Shown here: positions 33,901 to 45,260 of the stretch, piece after piece | Position numbering within the stretch: the first letter of the stretch is position 1 | Layout: every line of letters begins with the position of its first letter | Assembly: GCF_016432865.1 (NCBI RefSeq) | Contig: NC_067400.1 | Span: forward strand, 624,278,001 to 624,342,000 | Direction of reading: 5' to 3' | Origin: Antechinus flavipes | Lineage: Eukaryota | DNA: 64,000 nt | Translations under genes and position numbers: made by a program | Notes under the pieces: generated by a model | What the model saw: the letters and a program-made list of their open reading frames with translations, nothing else | The model's database searches: none | What the model was told of the DNA's origin: nothing

Positions 33901-36900
33901 CCTCCAACCCGAATTTTTCTTCCTGTCCTTCGTGTTGCGGTAGCAGTTGGGTCCAACTCTGCCGTACGCAGGTGTGCCCAGCCCTTCACGGCCCCGGCGG
34001 CCGGGCGGCCCCTCCCTCTCCGGGCGAGGACCCCTGGGACCCCGGACTCTCACTCATGGAGCCCTCCTGCTTCCTGCATTATCCCCTGCAGCGCCCCCTG
34101 CTGCCCTTCACGGCCCCTCAAATTTCCGATCCCCAGACTCCAGCCTGTGTCCGTCGGGCTAAAGCCCAGCCGGGAAGTGGCCGGAGGGGCTGCCCGCGCC
34201 CTCCCGCGGCACAGCCCGCTTCTCCCACAAGCCGGCTCCTGCTTGCCTTGCCGATCTTATTACGTGCTCCCCTTCGCAGCACGGGGGTCCTCGGGGTGCT
34301 GAGGAGCGAGGCCCCCCTTCTCTGCCTCTGGGGACCCCGTGGTCCCCACTCTCCCTTTAACTCGCCCCCCCGGGCCTGACGCCCCCGCAGTGTCGGCCAT
34401 TTCTCCCCGGACAGATAATGCAGAGACGGCCGAGGAAGCCCACTGTGCGCAGGGAAGGGGGGGCTCCTAGCTCCGTGCCCGGCGGGCGCCGCGTACCTGC
34501 ACCCCATCCTGGGCGAAGAAGGCCCTCGCGTCCCCTTGCGTTGCCAGCTGGAGGCAGGTGGCCCCTCCCCAGATGGGGGACCGGTGCAGGAGCAGGCGGG
34601 TGGTCCGGGACTCGCTATTTTGGAGACACTCTGAAAACAGACCTAGGCGAAGAGAAACAGAGGGTGGGGGTCTTCCCTGCGCACCAGGGGTCCCCGATCT
34701 CTGGTCCAGGAACCACCAGAAAGACCTTGGAAGCCCTCGCAGTCTGGGGGCCCAGCAGGGGACCCCTCTCCGGCCCCGCCCCGCTCCCAGACCCTCGAGA
34801 CCCGAGCGTACCCATGGCGAGGCTCTCAAATTTGGCCGCCAGCTCCTTTCTCTTGGCAGTCTCGTCAGCCTCGGCCTCCAGGCGGGCCAGGACGCGAAGC
34901 AGGAGGCAGGAACCCAGGGCAGAGGCCAGAGAATCGCTCCCCTGCGGGGGACAGAGGGTCAGAGGCCCCAGAGCCCCCCGGACCCCGGGGCCCAAGGCCC
35001 AGACCTCACCATCTCCCAGAAGTACACGGCCATCTGAGCCCGATTCAGAAACAGGGCCCAGAGCAGCAGGTCGATCCAGGGGGCCTGCCTGAGGGTGGCG
35101 TCCGACGTGGCGTCGGTCAGGAGGCACATCTGGGAAGGGGAAGACGGCTCAGAGGGGGCCGGCGCCCCGCGGGGACCCTCCCCAGAGCCGCCCCACCCCC
35201 CAGGCCCGTTTCCGACCGGCCGCCCTTACGTTCTCCCGACGGCCCCCGCTTGGGGGCGGCTCCAGGCTGTCCCCTGTGGTGTCCGCCTGGTACCGGGGCG
35301 CGCAGGTGGTCCCGAGCAGGTCGTGAAGAAGCCGCCCCACGTCCTGCAGGTACACGTCCCGCAGCGGGGAGGTCGGGGGCACGCCCGGGGCGGGGGGCTC
35401 CTTGCGGCCTCCGTCGGCCGCGGAAACGGGCGCTATCCGGTCCAGCAGGTGTCGCAGCAGCGAGCCCAAGGGGGCCGTGGCGTAGAGCTGGCCCAGCCGG
35501 GCCGGGGACAGGAAGGAGCCGAGGCTCAGGCCCCGGGAGATGAGCAGGCGCACGAACTCCGGCTGGTCGTTCACCAGAGCATCCTGGAGGGAGGCCTCCA
35601 GGTGGGAGGACTGCAAAGGGGGGCACAGGCCGTCAGCTAAGGGGGGGCACGGGACAGGGGAGGGGGGCAGAAAGGGGGCGAGGGAGGAGGGATGGAGGAA
35701 GGAGATGGAGGAGGGACAGAGGAAGGGGATGGAGGAGGGACAGAGGAAGGGGATGGAGGAGGGACAGAGGAAGGGGGACAGAGGAAGGGGATGGAGGAGG
35801 GACAGAGGAAGGGGATGGAGGAGGGACAGAGGAAGGGGGACAGAGGAAGGGGATGGAGGAGGGACAGAGGGAGGGGGACAGAGGAAGGAGATGGAGGAGG
35901 GACAGAGTGGGGACAGGGAAGCAGGCAGGTGGGAGAAGGACAGATGGCGGAGGGAGCTGGGCACGGGCTAGGGACACGTCCAAGGACAGACAGACGGAAG
36001 GAGGGGGACAGGCAGACTGGAGAAGGGACAGGGAGCCGACAGAAAGACGGGCAGGGGACGGACAGACACATAGAGAAGAGCAGACCGGGGATACGGAGAT
36101 GGACGGAGCCGACAAGGGCCAGGGACCGGAATGCGCCCATCAGGCCCCCCAGACAGACCCCTGTCCACTCGTGTCCCCCCATTCCATCTCCCTCCCCCCA
36201 CCTTCCACTTGATGTCCCCTCGGAAGATCTCGCTCTGCGCAATGTCCACGCGGTTCCAGGTCACGGCCAGACGTAACTCGTCCATGTACGCGGATGCCTC
36301 TGAGCTGCCGCAGGCTGTGGAGAAGGAGAGGGAGGAGGGGGTCAGTCCGGCCGCCGGCCCCTGGCCCCGAGCAGCGGGCGACCGCAGGAAGCGTGGCGGC
36401 CGGTGTCGGGCCCTCTCACGCCTCCTGTGCAGAAGGCTGCTCCGATTAGTGGGCCGGGGCCCTTCGCCAGGGGTTCCATCAACAGCACCATTAACGGCGA
36501 GAGCTCAGAGAGGGGGAGCGCGAGCACAGAGGGGGCCCCTCGGGGTGAGACGCCAGGAGGGACACGGCGCACAGTGGGGACTGTGGCCTCCTTGGGCGGG
36601 GGGAGGGGGGCAGGAGCTCCTCACCCTTCACCAGGGCCCTCAGCACCACAGTCTCGAACTCCTCAGGCCCGTCCTCGGACGAGTAGACGGTCAGCATCTC
36701 CCGGCGCGTCATGATCCTCTCCACCTGCGACAGACCCAAGGGAAGGCGCCTGAGCCAAGGCCTTTGTTCCCGCGCCTCTGCTGGGCTCGGGCTCACCCCG
36801 GGGCCCCAGGGAAGGGGCAGGCTCTCCGCACCTCCCAGGAGTCGGGCTGGGTTTTATTCCTACACCTGGTCAGAGCCGGTGGGCGCCTTCGGGGGGCTGA

Positions 36901-39900
36901 GAACCGAATGGCGGAACATTCAGGACAGAAATGCAGTTCCAGGTCGTGCAATGGGCACAGAGCTCAGTTGTATAGGTTCCCAGCCCATCCTCCATGAGTC
37001 CCTCAACCCTCCTCCCTGAGCCCCCAGCCCTCCTCCCTGAGTCCTCCAGCCCTCCTCCTTGAGCCCCCAGCCCTCCTCCCTGAGTCCTCCAGCCCTCCTC
37101 CCTGAGCCCCCAGCCCTCCTCCCTGAGCCCCCAGCCCTCCTCCCTGAGCCCCCAGCCCTCCTCCCCTGAGCCCCCAGCCCTCCTCCCTGACCCCCCAGCC
37201 CTCCTCCCTGAGCCCCCAGCCCTCCTCCCTGAGCCCCCAGCCCTCCTCCCTGAGCCCCCAGCCCTCCTACCTGCGCCCCCAGGGCTTCAAGATCACCCTT
37301 GGGAAAGAAGCGCCGGATCCGTTCAATGATTCCCGCGCTGTGGGTCATGAAGGAGGAGGAGGAGTCCCTGACGGCCGTGGCTTCCCCCAGGATCTCGGCG
37401 AGACAGTCGGCAGCGCCCCCGGAACCAGCCACCAGCAGGCAAGGCAGCTGAGCGTGGGTGGCGTCTTCCACGCGCTGGGGATTGCGGGTCCTTAGCTCCC
37501 ACCCCCCGGGTCAGACCCTGCCCACAGCCTGGCCCCGTCCAGGCCCGCGGGTCCCGCTTCTGCCCCTGGGAGGGGGAGCCCCGCCCCAGAACGTGCTTCC
37601 CGGGGAGCCCCCCCCCCGTACCTGTAGCATGCTTTCATTGCCGTCAATGAGCAGCAGCAGGACCGGGATGTCGATGCCGGTGCCTGAGGGGACAGCGGGG
37701 AGAGCTCGGAACCCCTGCAGCCCCCGAAGCGGTGCCCGCCCCCTCCCCCCCCCCCCCGGGTTGGGGCTCACCTCGAATCCCAGTCTTCTGCCTGGATATG
37801 TAGGACTCCAGCTTGGCCCGGAAGCGCGTCTCGCCCCCGAAGATGCCGTAGGTCCCGTCATCCACCAGGAAGAAGGCCGAGTAGTTATAGTCCAGCGGGC
37901 ACTGGGTGCCGTCCTTCAGGTCCTTCTGCCAGTAGTAGCGGGCCGGGAACACGCCCTGGGCCGGGACCCCGCGGTCAGAGCCCCGGGCTCCCTTCGGCTC
38001 TCCCCGCTCCTGAGCCCCGCCCCCAGGCAGCGCTGAGGCGGCACAGAGGCCCCCCCCCCCAGGACCCAGCGCTCCTCCCCCCAGGAGCAGAGCCCCCCCC
38101 CAGGAGCAGAGCCCCCCCCCCCCGGAGCAGAGCCCCCCCCCCGGACCCAGCGCTCCTCCCCCCAGGAGCAGAGCCCCCCCCCAGGAGCAGAGCCCCCCCC
38201 CCGGACCCAGCGCTCCTCCCCCCAGGAGCAGAACCCCCCCCAGGAGCAGAGCCCCCCCCCCCAGGAGCAGAGCGCCCCCCCCAGGACCCAGCGCTCCCCC
38301 ACCCACCCTGGGGGAGCCCTCGGGCGTAGGACCAGGTGTTGGGGGCGGAGCCTCACCTTAGGGTTGATCAGCGTCTCCCGGTGCCGAACCACCCCCCAGG
38401 GGGCCACGCCCATGGCCACCACCTTGGTGGAGCCCGAGCCCGCCATGTTGTGGTCCTGCACCGCCACCCCCACGTCCCGGCTGATGCCCGTGTGCAGCCC
38501 CCCGGTCATGATCCAGGCCCCTGGCGGGAAGAGGGCCGCGGGGCCCGGGCTCAGGGCCGGGCCGCGGGCGCTGGCCCAGAGACAGAGACGGAGACCCCCA
38601 GGGACACTCGGAGACACTCGGAGACAGACTCCCAGACTCACACCCCCGGGGATGCTCTGAGCCATTCAGGGGCAGGGGCGGGGCGGGGCTGAGAGGGCCC
38701 GGGGCGCTTCCCCCCCAGCTCCCCCCCAGCTCCCCCGGGACGGCCCGAGCCCATCTGGAAGCAGGGCCGCGACTGTGTGCGGGGGCCAGGTAGGGGCGGG
38801 ATAGGGAGGCCAGAGGCTGGACCCTGGGGCACCGCGGGGCCGGGAGCGGGGCGGAGGAGGGACTCCCGGGGTGGGAGGCGGCTCACCGGTGCTGAGGGCG
38901 GCCCTCACCAGGCCTTGCCGCAGCAGGTCCCTGAGCCAGGGCTGCAGCTTGGAGCCTGCGGAGCCCCCCAGCACAGACACCACCAGGTTGGGGGCCGGGA
39001 AGCCCCAGGTGCGGGTGACCAGGGCGTAGGCCGCCGCCGGGTCTGTCCGGTCCGACAGCCGAATGAACTGCTCAGGGAGACAGAGCCGGGGCGCTCACCC
39101 CCGCCCCTGCCGCCTCCTCTCCCACCCCCCCAAGCTCGTCCAGTGGCCCCCCCCAAGGCCCTGGCCCCCCCGGGCAGCGGCACCTTGCTGAAACTCTGGC
39201 CGGTGCCGTGGAAGTCCAGGTCCCCGTAGGCATCGGTGGGATGCTCCGTGGTGTGGGCGTCGCCGTTCCACACAGTGACCACCGAGGCCCCGAAGGCGTC
39301 TTCCACGGCCACGGCGGGGTGATACTTCCGATTCCGGCCACACTGGCATCGGTTGCCCCTGCGTGGGGTAGAGGGGGCGACCGGGGACCCTCTGACTTGG
39401 GGACCCTCAGACTTGGAGACGTGGGGACCTGGGGCTCTCGGACATGGAGACTTGGAGACCCTCGCACTTGGAGACTTGGGGACCCTCAGACTTGGAGACT
39501 TGGAGACCCTCGCACTTGGGGACTTGGGGACCCTCGGACTTGGAGACCCGGGGACCCTCAGACTTGGAGACTTGGGGACCCTCGGACTTGGAGACTTGGG
39601 GACCCTCAGACTTGGAGACTTGGGGACCCTCGGACTTGGGGACCCTCAGACATGGAAACTTGGAGACCCTCGGACTTGGAGACTTGGGGACAGGGAGCCC
39701 TCAGGTTGGAAACGCGGGGATCCAGAGGCAGCTGCAAAAGCACCAGCTCCTATCCAGCACTGAGTGCCCGCTAATCCCGGGGTCCGGCAGTTCCCTGACG
39801 GGAGAGCAACAGGTGGGGGGCTCGGGATTCCCGGGTTCAGCCTTACCCAGGGCTACTGAGATCGGCCACAAAGGTTGTACAAATTTTCTTCTTGAAGATT

Positions 39901-40328
39901 CGTGGGATCCACCTCTGGGGAAGGGGGTGCGGACGCAGGCTGAGACCCGGAACGCTCGGGCAACCTGGTCTCCCGACAGTCCCCCTGGCTTCCTCGGGGG
40001 GCCCCTCCCCCAACCTCCATCAGTCGGCAGGGGACCCAGACGTCCAAGCCCCCTCGGATCCATTCCCTGATTCTGGGGGGCCCCAGGCGCCGGCCCCGCC
40101 CCCTCCCAGAGACCGGCATCCACGCCCTCTGGGGGCCCCAGGGGTCCCGCGCCAGCCCCGCTCCCTCCCGGGTCCCGGCATCGGCGCCGGCAGATCCACC
40201 CCCTTCCACGAGGACCCGGCGTTCTGGGCCCCTCGCTCCTGCACAGACCCAGGCATAGCGGGCCGCTCCGGGCCCGGGGCTCCCGTAAGGGACCGGACCA
40301 GTACCTGCGCCTTCCCGGGCCCCGCCAT
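27908..40328 (-). CDS. TRPM4: Transient receptor potential cation channel M4, about 1226 aa, 25 exons
   Basis: Exons: 40328-40305, 39914-39847, 39358-39184, 39067-38887, 38520-38357, 37955-37772, 37683-37622, 37474-37271, 36724-36625, 36314-36202, 35610-35230, 35129-35010, 34941-34812, 34642-34497, 32513-32401, 32281-32204, 32118-31678, 31233-31101, 30975-30801, 30724-30547, 29544-29348, 29265-29130, 28372-28300, 28154-28055, 27912-27908. Total 3681 nt in one open frame. Matches human TRPM4 peptides, e.g. [13 protein letters not shown]-like segment, [54 protein letters not shown]. The final exon carries only 2 coding nt plus TGA. Confidence 0.97.
28435..28608. other. Assembly gap (N run)
   Basis: Ns in TRPM4 intron 22. 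Confidence 1.
28609..28800. repeat. (TTCCC/CTTAC) simple repeat between the two gaps
   Basis: Directly visible. Confidence 0.95.
28801..29128. other. Assembly gap (N run); hides the T of the exon 22 donor
   Basis: Ns begin immediately after the donor G at 29129. Confidence 1.
31325..31505. repeat. About 32-bp minisatellite in TRPM4 intron 17
   Basis: CAGGGCCCTTAGTGGGGGTGCAGCGTGGGGGG units. Confidence 0.9.
33040..33450. repeat. CT-rich low-complexity tract, TRPM4 intron 14
   Basis: Directly visible. Confidence 0.9.
35655..35905. repeat. 24-bp purine-rich minisatellite, TRPM4 intron 10
   Basis: AGAGGAAGGGGATGGAGGAGGGAC units. Confidence 0.9.
37003..37282. repeat. 21-22-bp minisatellite abutting the TRPM4 exon 8 donor
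   Basis: CTGAGCCCCCAGCCCTCCTCC units, about 12 copies. Confidence 0.95.
38050..38300. repeat. C-rich minisatellite, TRPM4 intron 5
   Basis: CCCAGGAGCAGAGCCCCCCC and CCCGGACCCAGCGCTCCTCCC units. Confidence 0.9.
39385..39690. repeat. About 27-bp minisatellite, TRPM4 intron 2
   Basis: GGACTTGGAGACTTGGGGACCCTC units. Confidence 0.9.
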
Positions 40329-40544
40329 GTCTCCTTGCTGTCTCGGCATTGGCCTCGGGCCTCACCCTCCGCGGCCCTGCCCAGCCGGCCCAGAACCGGC
40401 TCCGTCACATCCAGCCCTCGCCGGCCTGCCTCCTCCGGACCTCCCCCCGGGAGGCGGGGACGGGGCGAGGCGCGCAGAACTCTGCCCCCAGGAGGAGGAG
40501 ATGCACATCTGTGCCGGGACCGAGCGTGCGGGAGCGCGGCCCGA

Positions 40545-41295
40545 TGGGAGGGAGGGAGCGCGGCACCGGCTCACCCCGGGAGGGAGGGGCGCTCGTCTCT
40601 GCCCCGGCGGGAGGGAGGGGGCGCTGCAGGAGGGGGCCCCGGGAGGGAGGGAGGGGTGCACCTGTAGCCCCGAGAGGGAAGGGGCGCTGCAGGAGGGGGC
40701 CCCGGGAGGGAGGGGGCGCTGCACCGTCTCACCCCGGGAGGGAGGGGCGCTCGTCTCTGCCCCGGCGGGAGGGAGGGGGCGCTGCAGGAGGGGGCCCCGG
40801 GAGGGAGAGGGCGCTGCACGAGGGGGCCCCGGGAGGGAGGGGGCGCTGCACGAGGTGGCCCCGGGAAGGAGAGGGCGCTGCAGGAGGTAGTCGCGGAAGG
40901 GAGAGGGCGCTGCACGAGGTGGCCCCAGGAGGGAGGGAGGGGTGCACCTGTGGCTCCGGGAGGGAAGTAGCGCTGCACGAGGTGGCCCCGGGAGGGAGGG
41001 GGTGCTGCACAAGGGGGCCCCGGGAGGGAGAGGGCGCTGCACGAGGTAGTCCCAGAAGGGAGGGGGCGCTGCAGGAGGTGGCCCCAGGAGGGAGGGAGGG
41101 GCGTATCTGTGGCCCCGAGAGGGAAAGAGCGCTGCACGAGGTGGCCCCGGGAAGGAGGGAGGGGTGCACCTGTGGCTCCGGGAGGGAAGTAGCGCTGCAC
41201 GAGGTGGCCCCAGGAGGGAGGGAGGGGCACACCTGTGGCCCTGAGAGGGAAGGAGCGCTGCACGAGGTGGCCCCGGGAGGGAGGGAGGAGCCCAC
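40545..41295. repeat. CpG-rich minisatellite of about 30 bp between the divergent TRPM4 and HRC starts
   Basis: GGGAGGGGGCGCTGCACGAGGTGGCCCC units. Confidence 0.9.
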
Positions 41296-42492
41296 ATCTG
41301 TGCCTAGGAGGGACGAGCACATGGCTGAGATGCCCCAACAAACCAATGGACCAGAGAAATCCTGAAAAGGATGGTCTGGCCCCAGAGAGAGAGAGAGACC
41401 TGGGAGACGCACAGCTGGCATCTCTGAGGGTGGGGGGAAGGGTGGGGAGGCACAGAGACGCAGAGACTGAGGAGCGGGCACAGAGATGCTGAGCAGCGGA
41501 GGGAGACAGGGAGGCCACAGAAAGCAGTCCCACGCACTCCCAAAGTCCTGTCTCCTGGGCCTCAGTTTCCCTCCTGGTCCAGTGAGACTGTTGGGCTCCG
41601 ACACGGGAGCCATGCCCCTGACTGGCTCTGGGCGCCACGGACCAGAGGGACAGCCTTCTGAAGTGCCCGGGGTGCCCGGCACTGTGCCACGGGCTGGCTC
41701 CTTAAGCTCCGTGACCCGGGTATAAAGGCACCAAAAACTCAGCTGAAAAGCAAACGTTTGCCGCTTCCAAATCAGAGAAATGCCTTTAACGGGACCCACA
41801 CGTACTTGCACTGTTTATTGGTAGGAAAGCCCGCTGGCGTCCCATAGGCCCCGGGCCTCCATTTTGGCTGGGAGAATTAGATCCCGGCGAAGAGCCGCTC
41901 CCTCTCCCTGTTACCGACTTGTCGCCGCCACGTTCCGAGCCCACGGGGCGCCCAGGGTTTTAGGGGCTCTGCCGGACACATTCTCTGCCTGGGAGGCTCC
42001 TCGGAGCCATGGAGAAGGACCATGGCGGCCCCCAGGAGGGCGCCTCGGAGGGCAGGGCCGGGAAATGGCCCGGCGTCCTGGCTGCAGAGACACCAGTTGT
42101 CTCAGAGAGTACAGAAGGAGCCGCAGACGGAGGCCGGGCGGCCGCGCCGGGAAGGGAACAGCTGAGGCCTGTAACCAGAGCCCGCTCACCTGCCCCGGCC
42201 TTGCTCTGCGGGTATTTTTAACCCATGCCCACGGCGGGCTCCTGGCTGCAGAGCACAAGGGGCCGAGGGTGTCTGAGCCCACTCCTGCGGCCTCCTCCCC
42301 ACCCCCAGCTTGGGCTCTGACCTGGGCGGGACCGGGCCACCGGCCTGGGCGGGTGTCCCCCTTGGTGCCAGAGACGCCCCCTGCCTGAACCCCCCGGGGA
42401 GGCCGGCCCGAGGCCCAGGCAGGGAATGGGCAGGGAGGGGAGGGGAGGGCAGGCGGCCGCAGGCCAGGCCCAGAATAGACACTGCCTCCGAG

Positions 42493-42508
42493 GTAAAATT
42501 AGCCCAAT
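42493..42508 (+). promoter_or_regulatory. Near-consensus MEF2 site (GTAAAATTAG) followed by CCAAT, upstream of HRC
   Basis: One mismatch to YTA(W)4TAR; HRC is an established direct MEF2 target in mammals. A second one-mismatch site lies at 42212-42221. Confidence 0.35.
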
Positions 42509-42669
42509 GAGAGGGTGGGGGCTGAGACTAGCCCCCTGCGGCTGAGCTCAGAGGGCACCGGGACCTGCAGGAGACAGCCACGGGAAGGCCACCGGTCCCC
42601 GAGCCCCAGTCGCAGGAGGGTCGGAGGGAGAGAGCACCCCCGCGGAGAGCGGGAGCCCGGGCTGACCTC

Positions 42670-45197
42670 ATGGGGCCCCTTCGGCCAGGCCTCGGCTGCG
42701 TCCTGCTCCTCCTGCTGCTGTCCGCCTCCCGGGCCCCCGCCGGGCTCTCCGCAGCCCAGGCCCTGAGCCCCCCGGGAGGGCCTGAGCATGGAAGCCTGCC
42801 CCACCACGCGGTGCCCGGGCCCGGGGACCCCGGGGAGGACGACGGCTCCTCGGCAGAGTCTGGCCTCTGGGCGGCCCGGCGCGAGCACAGCCACCCCGAG
42901 GACAAGCCTGTGGACCACGGGCACTGGGGTGGAGAAGAGGAGGAGGACGATTCCCGGGAGCAGAGGCCCGGGAGCCGGGAGGCCGAGGGCGACCGGAGCG
43001 CCTCAGAGGAGCGGGAGGACGAGGAGCCCGACTCCACAGAGCTCGGCCGCCAGGCTTTTGGGGACCCGGGGCCCGAGGAGCGAGAAGCAGCGTGGGGCCC
43101 CCCGGTGAGCCCCAGGGATGACTCCATGGAAGAGGAGCCCCTTAGTCCAGTCTCTGCCAAGTACCCAGGGGAGGAGGAGGAAGAGGAGGAGGAAGACTCT
43201 GTCCCTGAGCCCAGCCACTGGGGAAGTCCCGGGGGCAGCAGAGGGCCCCAAGGGCAGGAGGAGGAGGGGGAGGAGGAAGGGGAGGAGGAGGAGGAGGAGG
43301 CCGCTCACTGGAGGGGACCCCAGAGTCCAGCAGAGTCAGAAGAGGAGGCTGGGCCCACGGACAGCGAGGAGGAGCCCACAAGAGGAGACAGCAGCACCTT
43401 TGCTGATCAGGACCAGGCACTGCCAGGCCTTCAGGAGGAGGAGGAGAAGGAGAAGGAGGAGGAGGAGGAAGAGCACTGGGGAGGCCTGAGGCTCCGAGCC
43501 CAAGAGGAGGAGGAGGAGGAGGAGGAAGAGGAGGAAGAGCACTGGCGAGGCCTGAGGCTCCGAGCCCAAGAGGAGGAGGAGGAGGAGGAGGAGCAGCCCT
43601 GGGGAGGCCTGAGTCTCAGAGCCCAGGAGGAGGAGGAGGAGGAGGAAGAAGGCCATGAGAGAAGCCGGCTGGAGACTGAGCAGTTGGAAGTCTCCGCTGT
43701 GGAGGAGCCCCTGAGGGCCGAGGTCCCCCGTGAGGACCAAGGAGAGGAAGCTGAGGCTGGTGCCCCCGAGGCCAGAGACAGCTGGGAAGAAGAGGGCAGC
43801 AGGGCCCCCGGAGAGGAGAGCCTGGAAGAGCACAGCGAGGAGCAGGAGGAGCAGGAGGAGGAGGCCCGAGGCCAGGGTGAGTGATGGAGCGGCGGGCCGG
43901 GGGAGAGCGGGGAGCGGGAGGACGCGCCCATCTGTGCCACCTTTTCACAGGCCCGAAGGAGGACGAGGAAGAGGAGTACCAGCCAGGCTCCCTGTGCCAC
44001 TACTGCGGCTTCTGCAAGGTGCCCGAGGGGGGCGGGGCGAGGGGCCCAGGCCGGGCGCCGCAGAAGCGTCTGCCTGCGCTCGGCGTCTCTGGCATCCCTC
44101 GCCTCTGACCACCCCTCCCTCTCCTCAGAGATGTACTGAGTGCGAGTCCTGCCGCTGCGACGAGGAAAACATGGGAGAGCACTGCGATCACTGCAAGGTC
44201 AGAGGCGCCCCGCCCCCCGCCCCGCCCCCCGCCCGCCCATTGGCGCCGGCTCCTCTCACAGCCTGTCTGTGTCTGTCCCCACCAGCACTGCCAGTTTTGC
44301 TATCTCTGCCCTCTGCTCTGCGAGACCGTCTGTGCCCCTGGTGAGCAAGGGCACTGGGGCTGGGGCTGCCCTGGGGGCGGGGCCCGGAGGCTTCTGAAGC
44401 CGAGGGAGGAGCCTCGTGGGGGGCGGGATTGACCTGGAGGCGGGGCCTGGGGGACTCGTAAAGATCGAGGGAGGAGTCTTCTGGGAGTGGGGCTGCCCTG
44501 AGGGCGGGGTCGAAAGGTCTGAAATTCGAGGGAGAAGTCTCCGGGAGATGGGTCCAGAAGCTTCTGAAATCGAGACAGGAGCCTCCTGAGGGCGGGATGG
44601 ACCTGGAGGTGGGGCCTAGAGGACTTGTAAAGATCCAGGGAGCCGCCTTCTGGGGGTGGGGGCGGGAGGCCTCCTAAAATCTAAGGGAGGAGCCTCCTGG
44701 GGCGGGGCTGGAATTCCCAAAAGGCGGGGCCAGACGACCTAAAAAAAAAACCCTAAGGAACTTTGTGGGGGCGGGACCAGGAGTCTTCCTTATGAGCTAG
44801 GAAGGAGCTTCCTAGGGGCGTGGCTATACTGGAGGCGAGGCCAAAAGGCCGGTGGGGGGGGGAGCCTGTCCGGGAGGCGGGGCCAGCCATGGGCTTCTCC
44901 GGGAACCTCCTTGGGGCAAGGGCTTTTGGAGGGGGGGGAGGGGGGAGAGACAGTCCAGGAGGTTCGTGGGAGGAGCTTTCCTAGGGTTGGAGCCAGAGGC
45001 GTCCAGATGTTCACCCCGCCTGTTGCCCTTAGGAGGCTATGTGGACCACTTCTCATCCAACCTGTTTCAGTAAGTCATAGTGTGGCTCGGACTGTGTATG
45101 TGGGGGTGGGTGGCGGAGAGCAGGGACCAACCCTTACCTCCCTCTAATCCTCCCCTACAGGGCCCTGGCCGAGATGGTGGAAACCCCAGAACCGTGA
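42670..45197 (+). CDS. HRC: Histidine-rich calcium-binding protein (sarcoplasmic reticulum lumen), about 490 aa, 6 exons
   Basis: Exons 42670-43876, 43951-44018, 44129-44197, 44286-44340, 45033-45069, 45161-45197 (1473 nt, phases consistent). Signal peptide, acidic middle region and a 14-Cys C-terminus (YQPGSLCHYCGFC, RCTECESCRCDEENMGEHCDHC, HCQFCYLCPLLCETVCAPG, ALAEMVETPEP) match HRC; head-to-head with TRPM4 as in human. Confidence 0.96.
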
Positions 45198-45245
45198 TGA
45201 AATTTTGGACAAACCGCAACCCCCACTCCTGGCTCCACCCGCTTA

Positions 45246-45251
45246 TTTATT
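45246..45251 (-). terminator. Poly(A) signal AATAAA for PPFIA3
   Basis: First TTTATT found on the plus strand downstream of the PPFIA3 terminal exon acceptor at 46261. Confidence 0.65.
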
Positions 45252-45254
45252 TTG

Positions 45255-45260
45255 AATAAA
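45255..45260 (+). terminator. Poly(A) signal AATAAA for HRC
   Basis: 57 nt after the HRC stop. Confidence 0.8.

Noticed and set aside
41721-41726. TATAAA as the HRC TATA box
   Set aside because: It lies about 950 bp from the ATG with no start-site evidence.
39353-41811. Long ORFs through tandem arrays, and the idea of a CRISPR-like array
   Set aside because: The units are contiguous with no unique spacers, and the locus is eukaryotic.
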